Source: Paramecium tetraurelia (lineage: Eukaryota). Taken from it: 64,000 nt of DNA. Positions 51,089 through 63,262 of this stretch are shown piece after piece. The DNA lies in assembly GCA_000165425.1 (NCBI GenBank), contig CT868059.1, positions 1 through 64,000 on the forward strand, in the 5' to 3' direction. Under the pieces are notes generated by a model. That model did not search any database. It worked only from the letters and a program-made list of their open reading frames with translations, and was not told the DNA's origin. A program made the position numbers and the translations under genes. Numbering within the stretch: position 1 is the first letter of the stretch; each line of letters starts with the position of its first letter.

Positions 51089-51700
51089 TCAACTTTTATA
51101 TTCCTTGTAATTGGGACAGATGTAGCCATCTTGCTTGCTCAATTCATTTGTGTCATCGTAATCATAATAGACTTCAGCCCCAGTCTTCTGGAGATTATCC
51201 AAATAAATCAGGGAGGGTATTTCATCAAAGAACAACTTGAAATAATCTTGTATGGGATTCCCATATAAATTAAGTTGAGTGATTTTCATTTCCTTCAAAT
51301 ATTTGATCATAGTTTTGGCATCGTCAATCTGATTGCAAATGAGAGAAATCGAACGTAATTCTGTGTACTTCTTCAAATACCCGATCTGCTTAGCCTTTAT
51401 GAGATTGCCATCTGCTTAGAACCTGACCAAATGTTTGAAGGATGGAAAATTGGTTAGACTTTGTAATCCACATCTATTGATGCCAAAACTGTGGACGTTT
51501 GGAAATTCTTGGAGTTTGTCTCGCAATTCAGGTGTGATCTCAGGTATGTCGAGTTCTTCGAGTATGATTTCCTCGACAAACAAGGCATCATATTGATCAT
51601 AAATGGATTGCAGGATCTTGATGGGGTCTTTGGTATCATTCTCGTGGAAATCAGCTTTGACATTGGGGGATTCATGTTTGAAAATTAAAGCTTATTTCAT
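51089..51700 (-). CDS. ANP32/U2A'-type leucine-rich repeat protein
   Basis: CGLQSLTNFPSFKHL; LRSISLICNQI; LNLYGNP; FDEIPSLIYLD LRR cap. Confidence 0.85.
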
Positions 51701-51771
51701 TTAATGAGTTGAGTTTGGTATGGACTGTACATATATAGCATAATATCATTGATTTATTTTGTAATGTAATT

Positions 51772-52986
51772 ATGAATTTCATTAGTCTGGATCACTAAAT
51801 ACATTCAATCGAAGATTATGATATTCTTTGCGCCCTCGACCGTACAGACTACTCCACTGTTTACAAGGCGTAATGTCACAATCCTATCATTAAAGTCTGG
51901 ACAAGAAGACAGGACTGATCGTAGCCATCAAAGTCATCAATTTGGTCAATCAGGCAGAATTGGCTCAGGCCGTCCAGACTTACCGCACTAAACCCTTCAG
52001 AAACATATGCTTGGTCGATAAGTGTTTTGGACAAGATGGCAAACTCTTTATAGTGATGGAATACTTTGCTGGGGGATCATTGAAGGATTTGATTCATTTA
52101 TTCAAGATCAACAAGCAGACTTTGGAGACTCAATATGTGCAAGTGATCATCCGAGAACTTTTGCTTGGTGTATAGGAGATCCATTAGGAGAGTCTGGTGC
52201 ATCGACATATTAAATGTGAGTTTTATTATTTTTACCCTAAATCTCTTTTTAGCTGCTAATCTCTTCCTTTCCCAAGAAGCCAAGGTCAAACTATCCTACT
52301 TTTCCACCAACAAGGAATTTGCCGATACCATCAATAAATCACAATCCCATATCCTCAGTCTCCCCTATTGGATGGCTCCAGAAGTAAAAGAATCTACATT
52401 ATATTTATATAGACCATCTAATCTTCTTTGACTGATTAGAAAACTGACATTTGGGCCATTGGTATAACTGCAATTTGTACATTGATCAGAGTTAAGCGAA
52501 GATCCCCTATGAGGATGTGCCTCCATAGAAGGTGATCTTTAAAATTGTACAACAACCTCCAAGATTGAGTGGAGATTATCCCAATGAGATGATCGATTTC
52601 GTGCATTAGTGTTTGCAACGAGATCCTCGACTGAGACCAACTGCTGCTTAGTTGCTTACTCATCCCTTCATTAGGAATGCCAAAAAAACTCAATTGCTGT
52701 TTGAATTGCTTGAGAGAGCTGGGATGTTGAGTGGAGAACAACAATAGGCCAGTTGCGAAACTCTTAATTACACGCACAATCGAGTTGTCACTTCCCTCAA
52801 GTTAGATGCCAGTGGGACACCGATACGAGAGGATGACGAATCACTCAAAGAAGAAACCTTGAAGATCAAGCGGACTTTCAGGAAGATAGAAAAATATAAG
52901 CCTGGATTGGGCAAAATCGTATTGACATTATACCTTTGCAGATATACCATGAAATCATCCAGGTCCTTAAAGCCAAGACCCCCTGA
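51772..52986 (+). CDS. STE20/GCKIII-like pseudokinase
   Basis: VAIKVI, IVMEYFAGGS, HRHIKSAN, LSYFS, PYWMAPE, DIWAIG; C-terminal FRKIEKYKPGLGKIIYHEII. Confidence 0.88.
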
Positions 52987-53029
52987 TGAATACAACAATC
53001 TAATTACGCATTCTCATTAATTATAATAA

Positions 53030-53979
53030 ATGAAAACCAATAATGAGCCTTCTCTCTTCAAATATCGAGTACTTTATCTCACACTTATCTTTATCTCTCT
53101 AGGTCCTTGAACAAAAAAACAAAAAAATCATCCTGGAGGCTGATGAAGATCACTTCAATTCTTTCGCCAATGCTCTGTCAGTCGTTTAAAGGTTTCATGA
53201 CGAGATCAAACAGTAACTCAACCCTCAACCATCCTCAAGGAAAATACGCGGTACTGCAATCCCCATCTATCTATTCCTCTAGTGAACTCCGACTCCGAGA
53301 AATCCAACAATGTGTCTCATCCCTATCCCAATCCCGACATCAAGGAAGATCAGGACTTTAGAAGGTATACAAACACCCTCTACCTAGACGCATTCCTCAT
53401 TTCTTCCTCTCTCGTTTCAAGAAGTGGGCCAAAATGATGGAACAAGATGCTGCCTACAAATATCTGCAAAATGTGTAAGAATCCAAGGTAATTTCAAATT
53501 CATCATCACTTAGACCTCCAAACAACAACGATTTGAATTGGGCGACTTGCAAAGGTGCTTTCAAGTTTAGGTTAACGAACCCAAGGAGTCCAAGCTTTGC
53601 AAGAATTTACTCAAAGACCTTTTCATCTCCTTCCTCTAAAATGAAGCCACACTCCAAATCATCCATTACAATAAAATAAGTTCAATCGAATAAAAAGTAC
53701 AATGTGGAATTTTAAAATTAGCATAAATACATTGCAGAAATTAAAAATATGATTTAAGAAATGTACGAACTCAAACCTTTTGATTCTTATCTCTCTTCTG
53801 AGAAAATTAAAGGCAAGAAAACTATCGCAAACAACATATGCCAGTCACCAATCCAAGAAAAACAGGAGGAACAAAGAGATGATTTCCAGATCCCCTAAAT
53901 CCAGGAGAAATATTCCAATGAAAGCTTTAAAAAATACAACTAAACTCCCTCCCTTGTAAAAATGAATAGTTTCTAATGA
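53030..53979 (+). CDS. Hypothetical ciliate-family protein
   Basis: Multi-exon code-6 model including RIPHFFLSRFKKWAKMM; ends TAA TGA. Confidence 0.7.
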
Positions 53980-54119
53980 TGTTATTTTTAACATTTATTA
54001 AATACAATTATATTAATTTCTCCACATTAAGAAACTAATAATTTATTTAAACAATTTTAATGCATTTATTTAGATGAATATTAAATAATTATATTGTTAT
54101 AAATAATAAATTTTAATTA

Positions 54120-55134
54120 ATGAATTAAATTATTGCATCCAACTTTCATTCCTTCATTTTTGATAAGCAATTCAAGGCTCTCCGATTCTCATCAGCCTAT
54201 TATCAATTTAGTTAGATTTATGATAGATTTCTACAGTAAGGTGATATTATATATCTCTAATTAAGATAGTCTCTCAGACGTATGAAAATTAGTTTATCTT
54301 ATGTGCAATAATAATAACACTCATTGCCTTTAAATGGATTGAATGTATATTGATAAATTATTAAGAATCTTCTATGTTGAGTTTATTAATCCAAGTTAAC
54401 AGTAGGATCAAATTGATTTTAAATTCATAATCCCTCTTAATTAAATTTATAAATAACTTATTTCTTATGCCATTGGTTTCATTCAATATAGAAATCACTC
54501 TAAAATACGGATAGGCTTTGTACCTGGCCAATTCTCAATGTGACTGGGTTGTAGATAAAATGTGTCGGATGACTTGTGCCTAGGTAAATAATATCAGTAA
54601 AATTTGTAGGATTCTTTCTGGTAATTCTCATTGGAGGTCAATCTAAATCCTTTCGAGTACAAATATGCAATTGGTGATTACTTTCTGTAGAATTAAAGTG
54701 ATCTTCATTGGGAGAGAGGTCCGAATCGAATTTTGAATTGGAACAATGAAAAATGCATTACTATAAGTATTAAGTAACTGTTATGATAGAGAATAAGTGG
54801 GAGCAAAGGAAAATTTCATTTTTTTTGTAAGCCAATTCCAAAACGACTGTCGCCATCTTGATGAGCAATTATAATTCACTACAAAAAAGATTAAAAAAAA
54901 ATAAAGATATAAATAATAGCTCGAAAGTGTTCTGCACGAGTCTATATGTCGATGTAAGTGAAATCGCCCAAGGGATAGAAATTTAGTATTACCTTCTGAT
55001 ACAGAGGAGATGTATATAAAAAAAATAAATTTCAAGATCCAAGCGAGCTCATTAGTAAGCCTATAAATTTGAATCTTTCTAACTAATTTTGGTTTCATTA
55101 AAATGAACTTGAATTCTCAAAACTTTCATTGTGA
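54120..55134 (+). CDS. CBM20 (starch/glycogen-binding)-like domain protein
   Basis: VSFNIEITLKYGQALYL..W..RMT..FW..FEYKYAI..WERGPNRIL; 5' exons uncertain. Confidence 0.7.
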
Positions 55135-55202
55135 GAATTTATTATTTATTAATATTATATACCGATAGTGTATGAGAAATAAAACATTCTTTTTATAAAA
55201 AT

Positions 55203-57377
55203 ATGATTAAAATTTGCTTGTTGATAGCCAGTCTTTTCATTTTGAATAGCTACCAAACGAATTTATAAATAGCATCTTATTTTACAGCAAGTTCGTTTTC
55301 AACAACAGAAGGTATTACTAAATATTCCTTGAAATAGGATGGGGAATTATAGGATCATCAGCTATTTTCGATGCGCAAATGGGTAAATCCGTTTTTGGAG
55401 GTTCCAACGGTTTTGCAGTTGGAACAACCATTTACAAATTAGTTTTGGTTCCCTAAGCTCACCACACTCTAAGAATGAAGTTCAGAATTTGGGCGTAAGA
55501 TCAATTTGAAGCTATAATAGGATAAATAAATGGGAAAGTGAATATATAGTCATCAAGGCTGATGGAGTAGTAGTGAACAAACAATTGGTTCACTCTAGTT
55601 TGACGTCAAATTTTGCTCAATATTTATTTTAAGAAATCTTTTTCTTCCACTCAGGTCCATCTGTTCTCCTAGAAATTACATCAACTTTGAATGAGGCAAA
55701 TAACAATGTATTTTTAATGTTTTAATAATTAGGAATCATGGGGAGTTAGAGACATTGAAATTTATGCAGTAACCTGTCCTACTGGGTGCGACTTATGCAG
55801 TTACTCAGATACATCCGACACCTGTTCTCAGTTTTAATTTACAACCTCCAATTTTGCTACAGACACGTTTAGCACAAATCAAGGATGGGTTGTAGAAGAC
55901 TATGTTGTATAACAACTGTTATGTGATAGTAATAATTGAATCAATGATATAGAGATCTAATTGTTTGGATATTTCCCAACTGGAGTTTCAATCTATAAGA
56001 GATATTTTTTGGAAACATCATTTTATAAAGTAAAGGTGAAGTTTCAATTCTGGAAAATTGATGCAATTGCCACCTCCAATACTCATGCCCTCTATGCTAA
56101 TGGAGATTTAATATGGACTTATGACAAAACTAAATCCAAGACATTGAATATATGCTCAGTTGCAACAAGTGAAGAATACACTAATGTGGATGTTGAATTT
56201 GAATCGAATTCCCAATTGATTACATTTTAGTTCTTTTCTGATTCAGTTGCAGGAGAATATTACGGAATTAGAGACTTTTATATTTATGTGTTGCTTTGTG
56301 AGGATTAAACAGCCTTGTGTTCAAAAACCTCAACATAAATTGTTGCTGATCCTGATTTGATTGACTTTTAATTAAGCGTTTCTTCACTAGTCAGTTCTAT
56401 TGCAGCAAGTTTACCTCCTTAATGGTCATCATATCAATCCTTCTCTGCAACATCCAGACTTACCCAATCTTCTTGCACAGAGGCAGCAGTTCCCATCTAA
56501 TACATGTCATTATATGATAAATTGTACAAGGATTTTGTTTTTAATCCTCATAAAACACTCAAGATAATCTTTTATTTGTATTCACAATCCAGAGAAAATA
56601 ATGTCCTCTTATATGTTGATGACGCTCTAGCAGATACAATTACAATTGGATATAGTTCTAATGATATAAATTGTGCAGCGAGTGGCTACGGGGATAAGTT
56701 TGAAGAGTACACTCTGTATGCCATAGAGATCGATCATACTGCTTTAATGAGTAGGATTTCATTTATAGGCCTTACTTATACAGGAGGAAACTTCTTGCAA
56801 GGATTCAATAAATTTGAAGTCTACACAGGCAATTGTGATTGTAATGCCTGCACTGATTCAGGTGCTTGTCAAACAGTGTACTCTCTGGTTGATATTGATT
56901 TTGCTTAAGATACCCTTACAGATAACGAGAAATGGCAACTCATATCATATAGTATCTTAGCTACAACTTGTAATTCGAAAGAAATCTTGGGAGGGTATAA
57001 TGTTCTCAGTTATACATAACAAGTAAGAGCCTTGTATAAATCATTGCCAACACATAACTCAAAGAGAATTCAGATGAATGTTTATTTCATCGGTAATTGG
57101 GCAAACACTGAATATCTAGTTATCCTCCTTGATAACAATGAAATTTGGAGACAGAAGGTCCTTAAAGCAAATTATGCATCTCAACTTTGTTCTGGTGGTG
57201 GCCCTTCTTACTAAATTGTCGAAATAGACTTATTCATAAGTCACTCTACGACTGATTTTACTTTAATATTCAAAATTGACTCAGGAAGTGGAGATGGTAT
57301 ATACTTATAATTTATTCATAGAATATTGGGGAGTAAGAGACTTTTTCATTTCAACATCAAATTAAATCATAAGTTGA
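55203..57377 (+). CDS. Secreted repeat protein of a ciliate extracellular family
   Basis: Signal peptide; about four repeats of GW..GG..K..PH..W.ID..H..WG(V/I)RD separated by CxxC linkers. Confidence 0.8.
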
Positions 57378-57753
57378 ATCATAAATATTACATATAAATC
57401 TATAAAAATTAATTATTCGTACACTCTTATTACTTACATAATCATATTCACTTATCTCAAATGAATATTCCCCTTCTCCATAGTTCCATTTCAAAATTTA
57501 TATACTAAAATTCTTCTTATTATGGTTATTGATTATTATATAATTGAATAAATCCATCAACAAGGAAGTTCACAATAGGGAATTATGAAATGGATTTAAT
57601 AATTCAATTGTTTTACATATGTGAATATCACTTTAGTTTATAGATAACTTCTTATTTAGTATTGCCAATAAATCATATCCTATTCAATTAATTATATAAT
57701 ATAGATATTTTAATTATAAAATTATTTCAAATTTTATTAAAAAATAAAAAATA

Positions 57754-57827
57754 TAGGCAAACCGAGTATCGATCTCGGGACCTCTGCAGTGTAAATGCAG
57801 CGCGATAACCATCTACGCCATTTGCCT
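57754..57827 (-). tRNA. tRNA-Val(UAC)
   Basis: Cloverleaf AGGCAAA/TTTGCCT acceptor stem, CTGCA-TTTACAC-TGCAG anticodon arm, CCGAG-ATCGATA-CTCGG T-arm, discriminator A, downstream T-run. Confidence 0.93.
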
Positions 57828-58082
57828 TAACTCAGAAATTAAACAATAAACGAGTAGTTATAAGATTGAAGAAAATCACTCTTAAAATACTCTAGAGAAA
57901 TTTCATAAAACAATTATCCTAATAATCTGGATTTTCAACCTTTTATAACTCTTAAATTCAGGAGAGTACTATATAATTCAAATATTGAATACTTAAATCT
58001 AGTATTATTAATCTTATAATATAAGAAAATTTTAAAATGTATTTGTTACTAGAATAATAAGATAAAAGTATAAATAAGAATT

Positions 58083-59000
58083 TCAGATTATATTCCAATT
58101 AAGAACCTCGTAATCATCTTCCTTTTTGGATCTGAGTTTGTGGATTTCTGACATGACAGTTCTTATTTTGGTCACAGATGAAATCGTTTAGTTGTAAAAG
58201 TAATCTAGAATCCATTGTATCTCTGTTCGTTTAACGTAATCACACAACCAATCAGTATATAATCCAAGAATGCTTTGCATTATGGAATCAATATTAGGAT
58301 CTTTGGCACAAAAACAACAGATAGCTCTGCTTAGATTCTTACAATTTTTAAACAGGACTTCATATTTTCCTTTTTTAAACATGTTTAAGCCTTTCCAACA
58401 GACCAAAACAATCCCCAAAAATTTATGAACTTGAAAGAAATCTAAATCCCCTATTTCCTCCTTTGTTAAACTATCTAATTCACGATTCCATTCTCTCTCC
58501 TTAGTGAGAAATTTGGCAAAGTTCTTATCGTAGTCAAATATTTGCATGTCTACATAATAATCCCCTTTATTCTATTTCAATTCTATAGTTGCTAAGTGAT
58601 TGATTGTTTCAAGTAGAATATACTCATGTCTTACAGCCACTCCTCCTATGATCCACGAAAGCGGAGTTAAAATTCCCGAGGGAATGCATTTAAATAAGGA
58701 TTAACAGTTTCTTTGGACTTTGACTATTTTCTCCTTTAATAGCATCTAATATTTTAAGTTGTTTTAATCAATTTATTAGCGTTCATAAGAGATAATCATT
58801 TAATCAATTCCAAATGGGATTCTATCCATTAATTGTATGATTGATGAATCAGCAGTTCTTATGTTTGCAAAGAAATACATGAAGCAAAAGGCAATAATAA
58901 AGAACAGTAATGGTAGCTTGTTAAAAATCAATTTTCTGAGCACAATCCAAAGGGATGAGAAAATAAGATGTAAAATCTTAAGAAACTTTTTTTTTTCCAT
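58083..59000 (-). CDS. Membrane-anchored protein with permuted papain-like (PPPDE/LRAT-type) motifs
   Basis: 305-aa single-exon ORF; N-terminal TM; RHEYILLET..ATIE; KYEVLFKNCKNLS. Confidence 0.7.
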
Positions 59001-59142
59001 ATAATTTGTTAATTAATTAAGTTTGAAAAGAGGAAGAAATATATAATTATACAGATTCTGATAAAATACAAGATTCATTCAACAATATATGGACTCAAAT
59101 TTAACATTTTTAAATGTCTTGGGTTTATTATTATTTTTTTTA

Positions 59143-59662
59143 ATGTATAATTCATTTTGCGATGAAATTAGTAAGAGACCTTCCATTTGGGTGGAAAGAA
59201 CAACTATCACCAAAAGTGCAACTGCAGCAGCTGGCAGTGGAGATTTGCATGCATATCGAAGATTTAAAAGGGCCGAGACATTGAGATAAAGAGAGGAAGA
59301 AGAAGTCAATTAAGAGGTATATAAAAAATTAATTATAATAGAGACTAGAACATGAAGAATTTCAATAAACAAGAGAAGAGAAATTTATGCAAAGCCAAGA
59401 AATCACAAACAAGAAACACAACAAAAGAGTTTAGGAAAAACTAAAGTTAAAGATGAAAAAAGAATTAAAAAAGATTGAAAGAGAAGCATTATAATTAAAT
59501 AAATTTGCTAATGACGGATCCTTTCTTGAAAAATTTACATAATAATTACAGCAAGATAAATAAGAATAAAAGTAAGAAAATTAGGAATTGAAAGAGGAAC
59601 CAATTGCAAAAAATGAAGAAGAAAACAAAGTGCAATAATCATAAAATTCTAGTGATGAATGA
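59143..59662 (+). CDS. PRKRIP1: PRKR-interacting protein 1 (DUF1168) spliceosome factor
   Basis: SATAAAGSGDLHAYRRFKRAE, basic coiled coil, FANDGSFLEKF; start uncertain (59089 is in frame). Confidence 0.85.
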
Positions 59663-60041
59663 TAATATATAATATTAAAATCTAAATCAAAATCTTTTAA
59701 TCCATGTCATGTAATTATTTACACTGATTACTTAAATAGTTTTAAAATACTTTTCATCTACTTTCAAATATGATCTAATTATTATATTATAATTATTATA
59801 TTATAACCAGGCTTCTATGTATTTTTACTAGAGACATAATTCATTAATACTAATAATATCATATCCTGATACAAGAAGTCTCATTTTTGATTTACAAAAT
59901 GTTAAAAACATACTTGATATATTCAAAACGCATATTAACTAATAAAGTTTAATTATTATATTGTTAGCAATTAATTTATTAATGATCATAACCATAATTA
60001 TAAACAAAATTATTTCATTAATTTATTTAATTTATTATTTA

Positions 60042-60098
60042 ATGATGAAAACAAGCACTGGGTTATGATCTCATGATTATACTCCTACATTCACCTGA
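60042..60098 (+). ncRNA. Box C/D snoRNA 1
   Basis: C ATGATGA, D' ATGA, C' ATGATTA, D CTGA; D' guide AGCACTGGG complementary to conserved LSU CCCAGUGCU. Confidence 0.8.
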
Positions 60099-60121
60099 AT
60101 GGATATTAAAATTATTATAAT

Positions 60122-60188
60122 GTGATGACAAAGTAACGGGCGGACTTAGTTTAGTCATGCTGATTTGTTAAGTGTGAACAATCTCTGA
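60122..60188 (+). ncRNA. Box C/D snoRNA 2
   Basis: C GTGATGA, C' ATGCTGA, D CTGA; guides ACGGGCGG (SSU CCGCCCGU) and GTGAACAATC (LSU GAUUGUUCAC). Confidence 0.85.
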
Positions 60189-60208
60189 TCATTTTTTAAT
60201 TATTAACT

Positions 60209-60232
60209 TATATATATATATATATATATATA
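60209..60232. repeat. (TA)12 microsatellite
   Basis: Read directly from sequence. Confidence 0.9.
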
Positions 60233-60243
60233 ATACGATATGC

Positions 60244-60773
60244 TCAATTGACTGGCTTTATCTAATGATATTAAGCTAGAATAATACTCTAAAGTGTAGG
60301 CCAATTAAAGAAAAGACAAAACATTTTACATCTTGAACCAAGTAGAAAAACACTCTCAACCCATCAGGATCCTAGCTATTTTGTACATCTTGTATAGATC
60401 CTAATTTCGACGTAGTAAATGAAATATGATTGTTTCCAAGCTTGATTTCTAATTCTTATCTCCCTATTTTATCAGGTGCTGGCCATTTCGAATCATTTTC
60501 TCTACAATTTGATTGCATTCTAATACTTGACGATTTCTGAATCCTCAATCATACGTTTAATCTCCTCTATCACTGCATCAGAAACATAACATTCCTTTCT
60601 GATCAAAACATCTTATTTGTAATTTGAATTGTTTGCATATCTCAATCTGCCATCATTTCTGAACTCGAACTCAAGAAACTCATGTCCATAAACACCTTTG
60701 TGTCCAACACTAAAGTAAATATTAATATATACTAATATCTGAGATAAAACTCTTCATTTTAATTAACTTGCAT
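60244..60773 (-). CDS. MAGO: Mago nashi (exon junction complex)
   Basis: [55 protein letters not shown]; three introns. Confidence 0.97.
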
Positions 60774-61419
60774 AATATAAATTTATTATATATAATTAAT
60801 TACATTCACTCAGGCTAATTGTTTTCAGATTATAATCATATTTAATGAATCACACTTTGTTTATTGAACTAATAATTTATATCAGAATAAACATTATTTT
60901 AATTAAAGAATAGGAAGCCCTTCATATGATAAATATCATCACTTCCTATTCCTTCTATAATAACGAAGATTATAATTATTATTTGATTATTTAATATTGA
61001 GTTTTGATGTTTGATAAAATTAATATTAAGTTGAAATATTAGAATGAAATGATGCTTTGTGTTTCTTTAATTTTTGATTTATTTATAATGATAAATGAGA
61101 AAATAGAACTAAAATATATATAATAATATAAAAATGAGTTTGATAATAAATATAATCATATATCACAAAATAGAATATTCCCATTCTAAATTTAAAGTTT
61201 AATCAAATATTAAGATAAAAATCAAGACTAAATTCTGTATCCAATAATTGTAGTGTTTGATAAATTAGAATATATCCATCATTTTGTTAATCCTTTATAG
61301 GTATGTGATTCACGAGTACTCTCAAATTTATAATATAAAAGGACAGAGATCATTATTAAATATTTCTTTTATAATATTTTTATATATATATATATAATAA
61401 TAATCTTTAAGGTTGATAA

Positions 61420-62473
61420 TCAACCTTATTTTGGGGGCACTTAACCGGCTGGTGGTTATTATAGTTATGTGTTGTTTGTAGTTTATCCAGGAGTACCATC
61501 CGTTTTCTAGATCAGATTCCAATCATAAATATAGTCCATCTCAAATCCGCTCTTGGTGAATAGGTCCTTTAATAAAGTCCTTAAGTAGCTGTAGTCTGGT
61601 TTTTCATCAAATCTCAAATTTCTTACGTAAGTTAAGTAAGTAGCTAATTCTTATGGAAATCCTTTGCATAGTGTTTCTATTGATGTTGAAATCTTTTTCT
61701 CCATAATCTTTTCATACTTATCTTTTTTGTTAGAGGCTTTCAAGTTTTACCATGGGAGAGATCCTCTCAAGAAGTACATCATGACGTAGCCTAATGATTC
61801 AAGATCATCTCTTCTTCCCTAAAATTTAAATGCATTATTTACTTGCTCAATACCAAGATGGGTATTGATTGAAGCATAACGGGCAGTCCCTGTTAAATTT
61901 TTACCTTCTTTATAGGGAATGTGTTTGCCATCTTTTTGAATATATCTCTTTGCCAATCCAAAATCGATAATATACACCTTATGAGCTCTATTTAAATTTA
62001 AATATATAGTACCTTTTGCCTGTTCCAATTAAAAAGTTGTCTGGTTTAATATCTCGATGTAAAAAGTGCCTAGAATGAACATATTCAATCCTTTAAATCA
62101 TTTGATCAGCCAACATTAATACTGACTTTAGAGAAAATTTTCTGCCGCATAAATTGAATAGATCCTCTAAAGAAGGGCCTAGGAGATCCATAACCATGAT
62201 ATTATATTCACCTTAAGTATACTAAAAATATGTACCCTCTGTTGCACAATAGTAAACATTTGGAATTCCTTTATCAATAACTGAGGGTTCTTGTAACAAG
62301 TATTAGTATAATTTTCCTTCGTAAAACAGTTGTGGATGCTTTGTGTTAACAGGCTCAAGTTTAACTGCCACTTCCATGTTTGTTTTGAGATTGATTCCGT
62401 GAAAGATTTCTCCAAAAGCACCTGAACCCAATTTCTTTGTTAATTTAAACGATCTCCCTATCTTTACGTCCAT
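61420..62473 (-). CDS. CK1: Casein kinase 1
   Basis: [52 protein letters not shown]. Confidence 0.97.
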
Positions 62474-62682
62474 CTGAATTTTGATAAAGATTTTTAAAAA
62501 TTCAAAAAAAATAATATAAAGAGAATGATAATTATAATGTTGTTTAAGTAATAACTAAAAAATAAGTTGATTTAAACATAGCAATATCTTATATTTTTAT
62601 TAGACACTTTGTATTAATAAAAAATGACTATTTCCTTCAAATAATTAGATCAATATTATTTTAAAATATTCATATATAGATA

Positions 62683-63262
62683 TCAGTCCTGACCTATGTC
62701 TGCACCAAAGGAATCATTTTCTTCATCTTAATCAAGAATTTTTATAATTTTCTCCTTTTTCGCACTCGATTTATTTGCTTTCGCTTAACCCTTCCCATTC
62801 GGTTGTTTCCCTGTTTGTGATTAATACAACTCCTGCTCTTAAGAATATCTGTTTCTATCTTACTCCGCTGAATTATGATATTGCTATTTAGTTTTTGGTT
62901 AAGATACCTATTGGATTTCCTTTGGCAAATCTTTCCATTCGCTAGCGATCAATTTTGTGATCTCTTAAAATTGTAAATCTAGTTTTACGTTTAATAAAGA
63001 CCTGGATATTATGATTAGAATTTATCCTTCTTATCCTAAAAGTAGAAAATGAAGGCTGATTTTGGCATTTTTGGAGCAAGTGGATCCTTTTGTTTTTTTT
63101 TTTATTTTTTTGCTTTCGTGACCTATGCTTTTGGTTGTTCCTCTGGTTCTGGGCTGGGAGCCAAAAAAGAATCAATTAAAGCCTTCAATTAAAGTAGAAA
63201 ATTTTAGAACTTGCCTTGGTCTTTTTTCTATTTATGTTAATTTTCATTATTACATCTAACAT
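62683..63262 (-). CDS. HMG-box protein (Nhp6/HMGB-like)
   Basis: KDPLAPKMPKSAFIFYF..EITKLIASEWKDL..Y. Confidence 0.88.

Noticed and set aside
52900..53110. Read-through fusion of the pseudokinase with the next gene
   Set aside because: A 23-nt GT..AG intron restores the GCKIII-like tail and gives TGA at 52984-52986
60240..60330. Candidate H/ACA snoRNA after the C/D pair
   Set aside because: This is the last exons and intron of Mago on the minus strand
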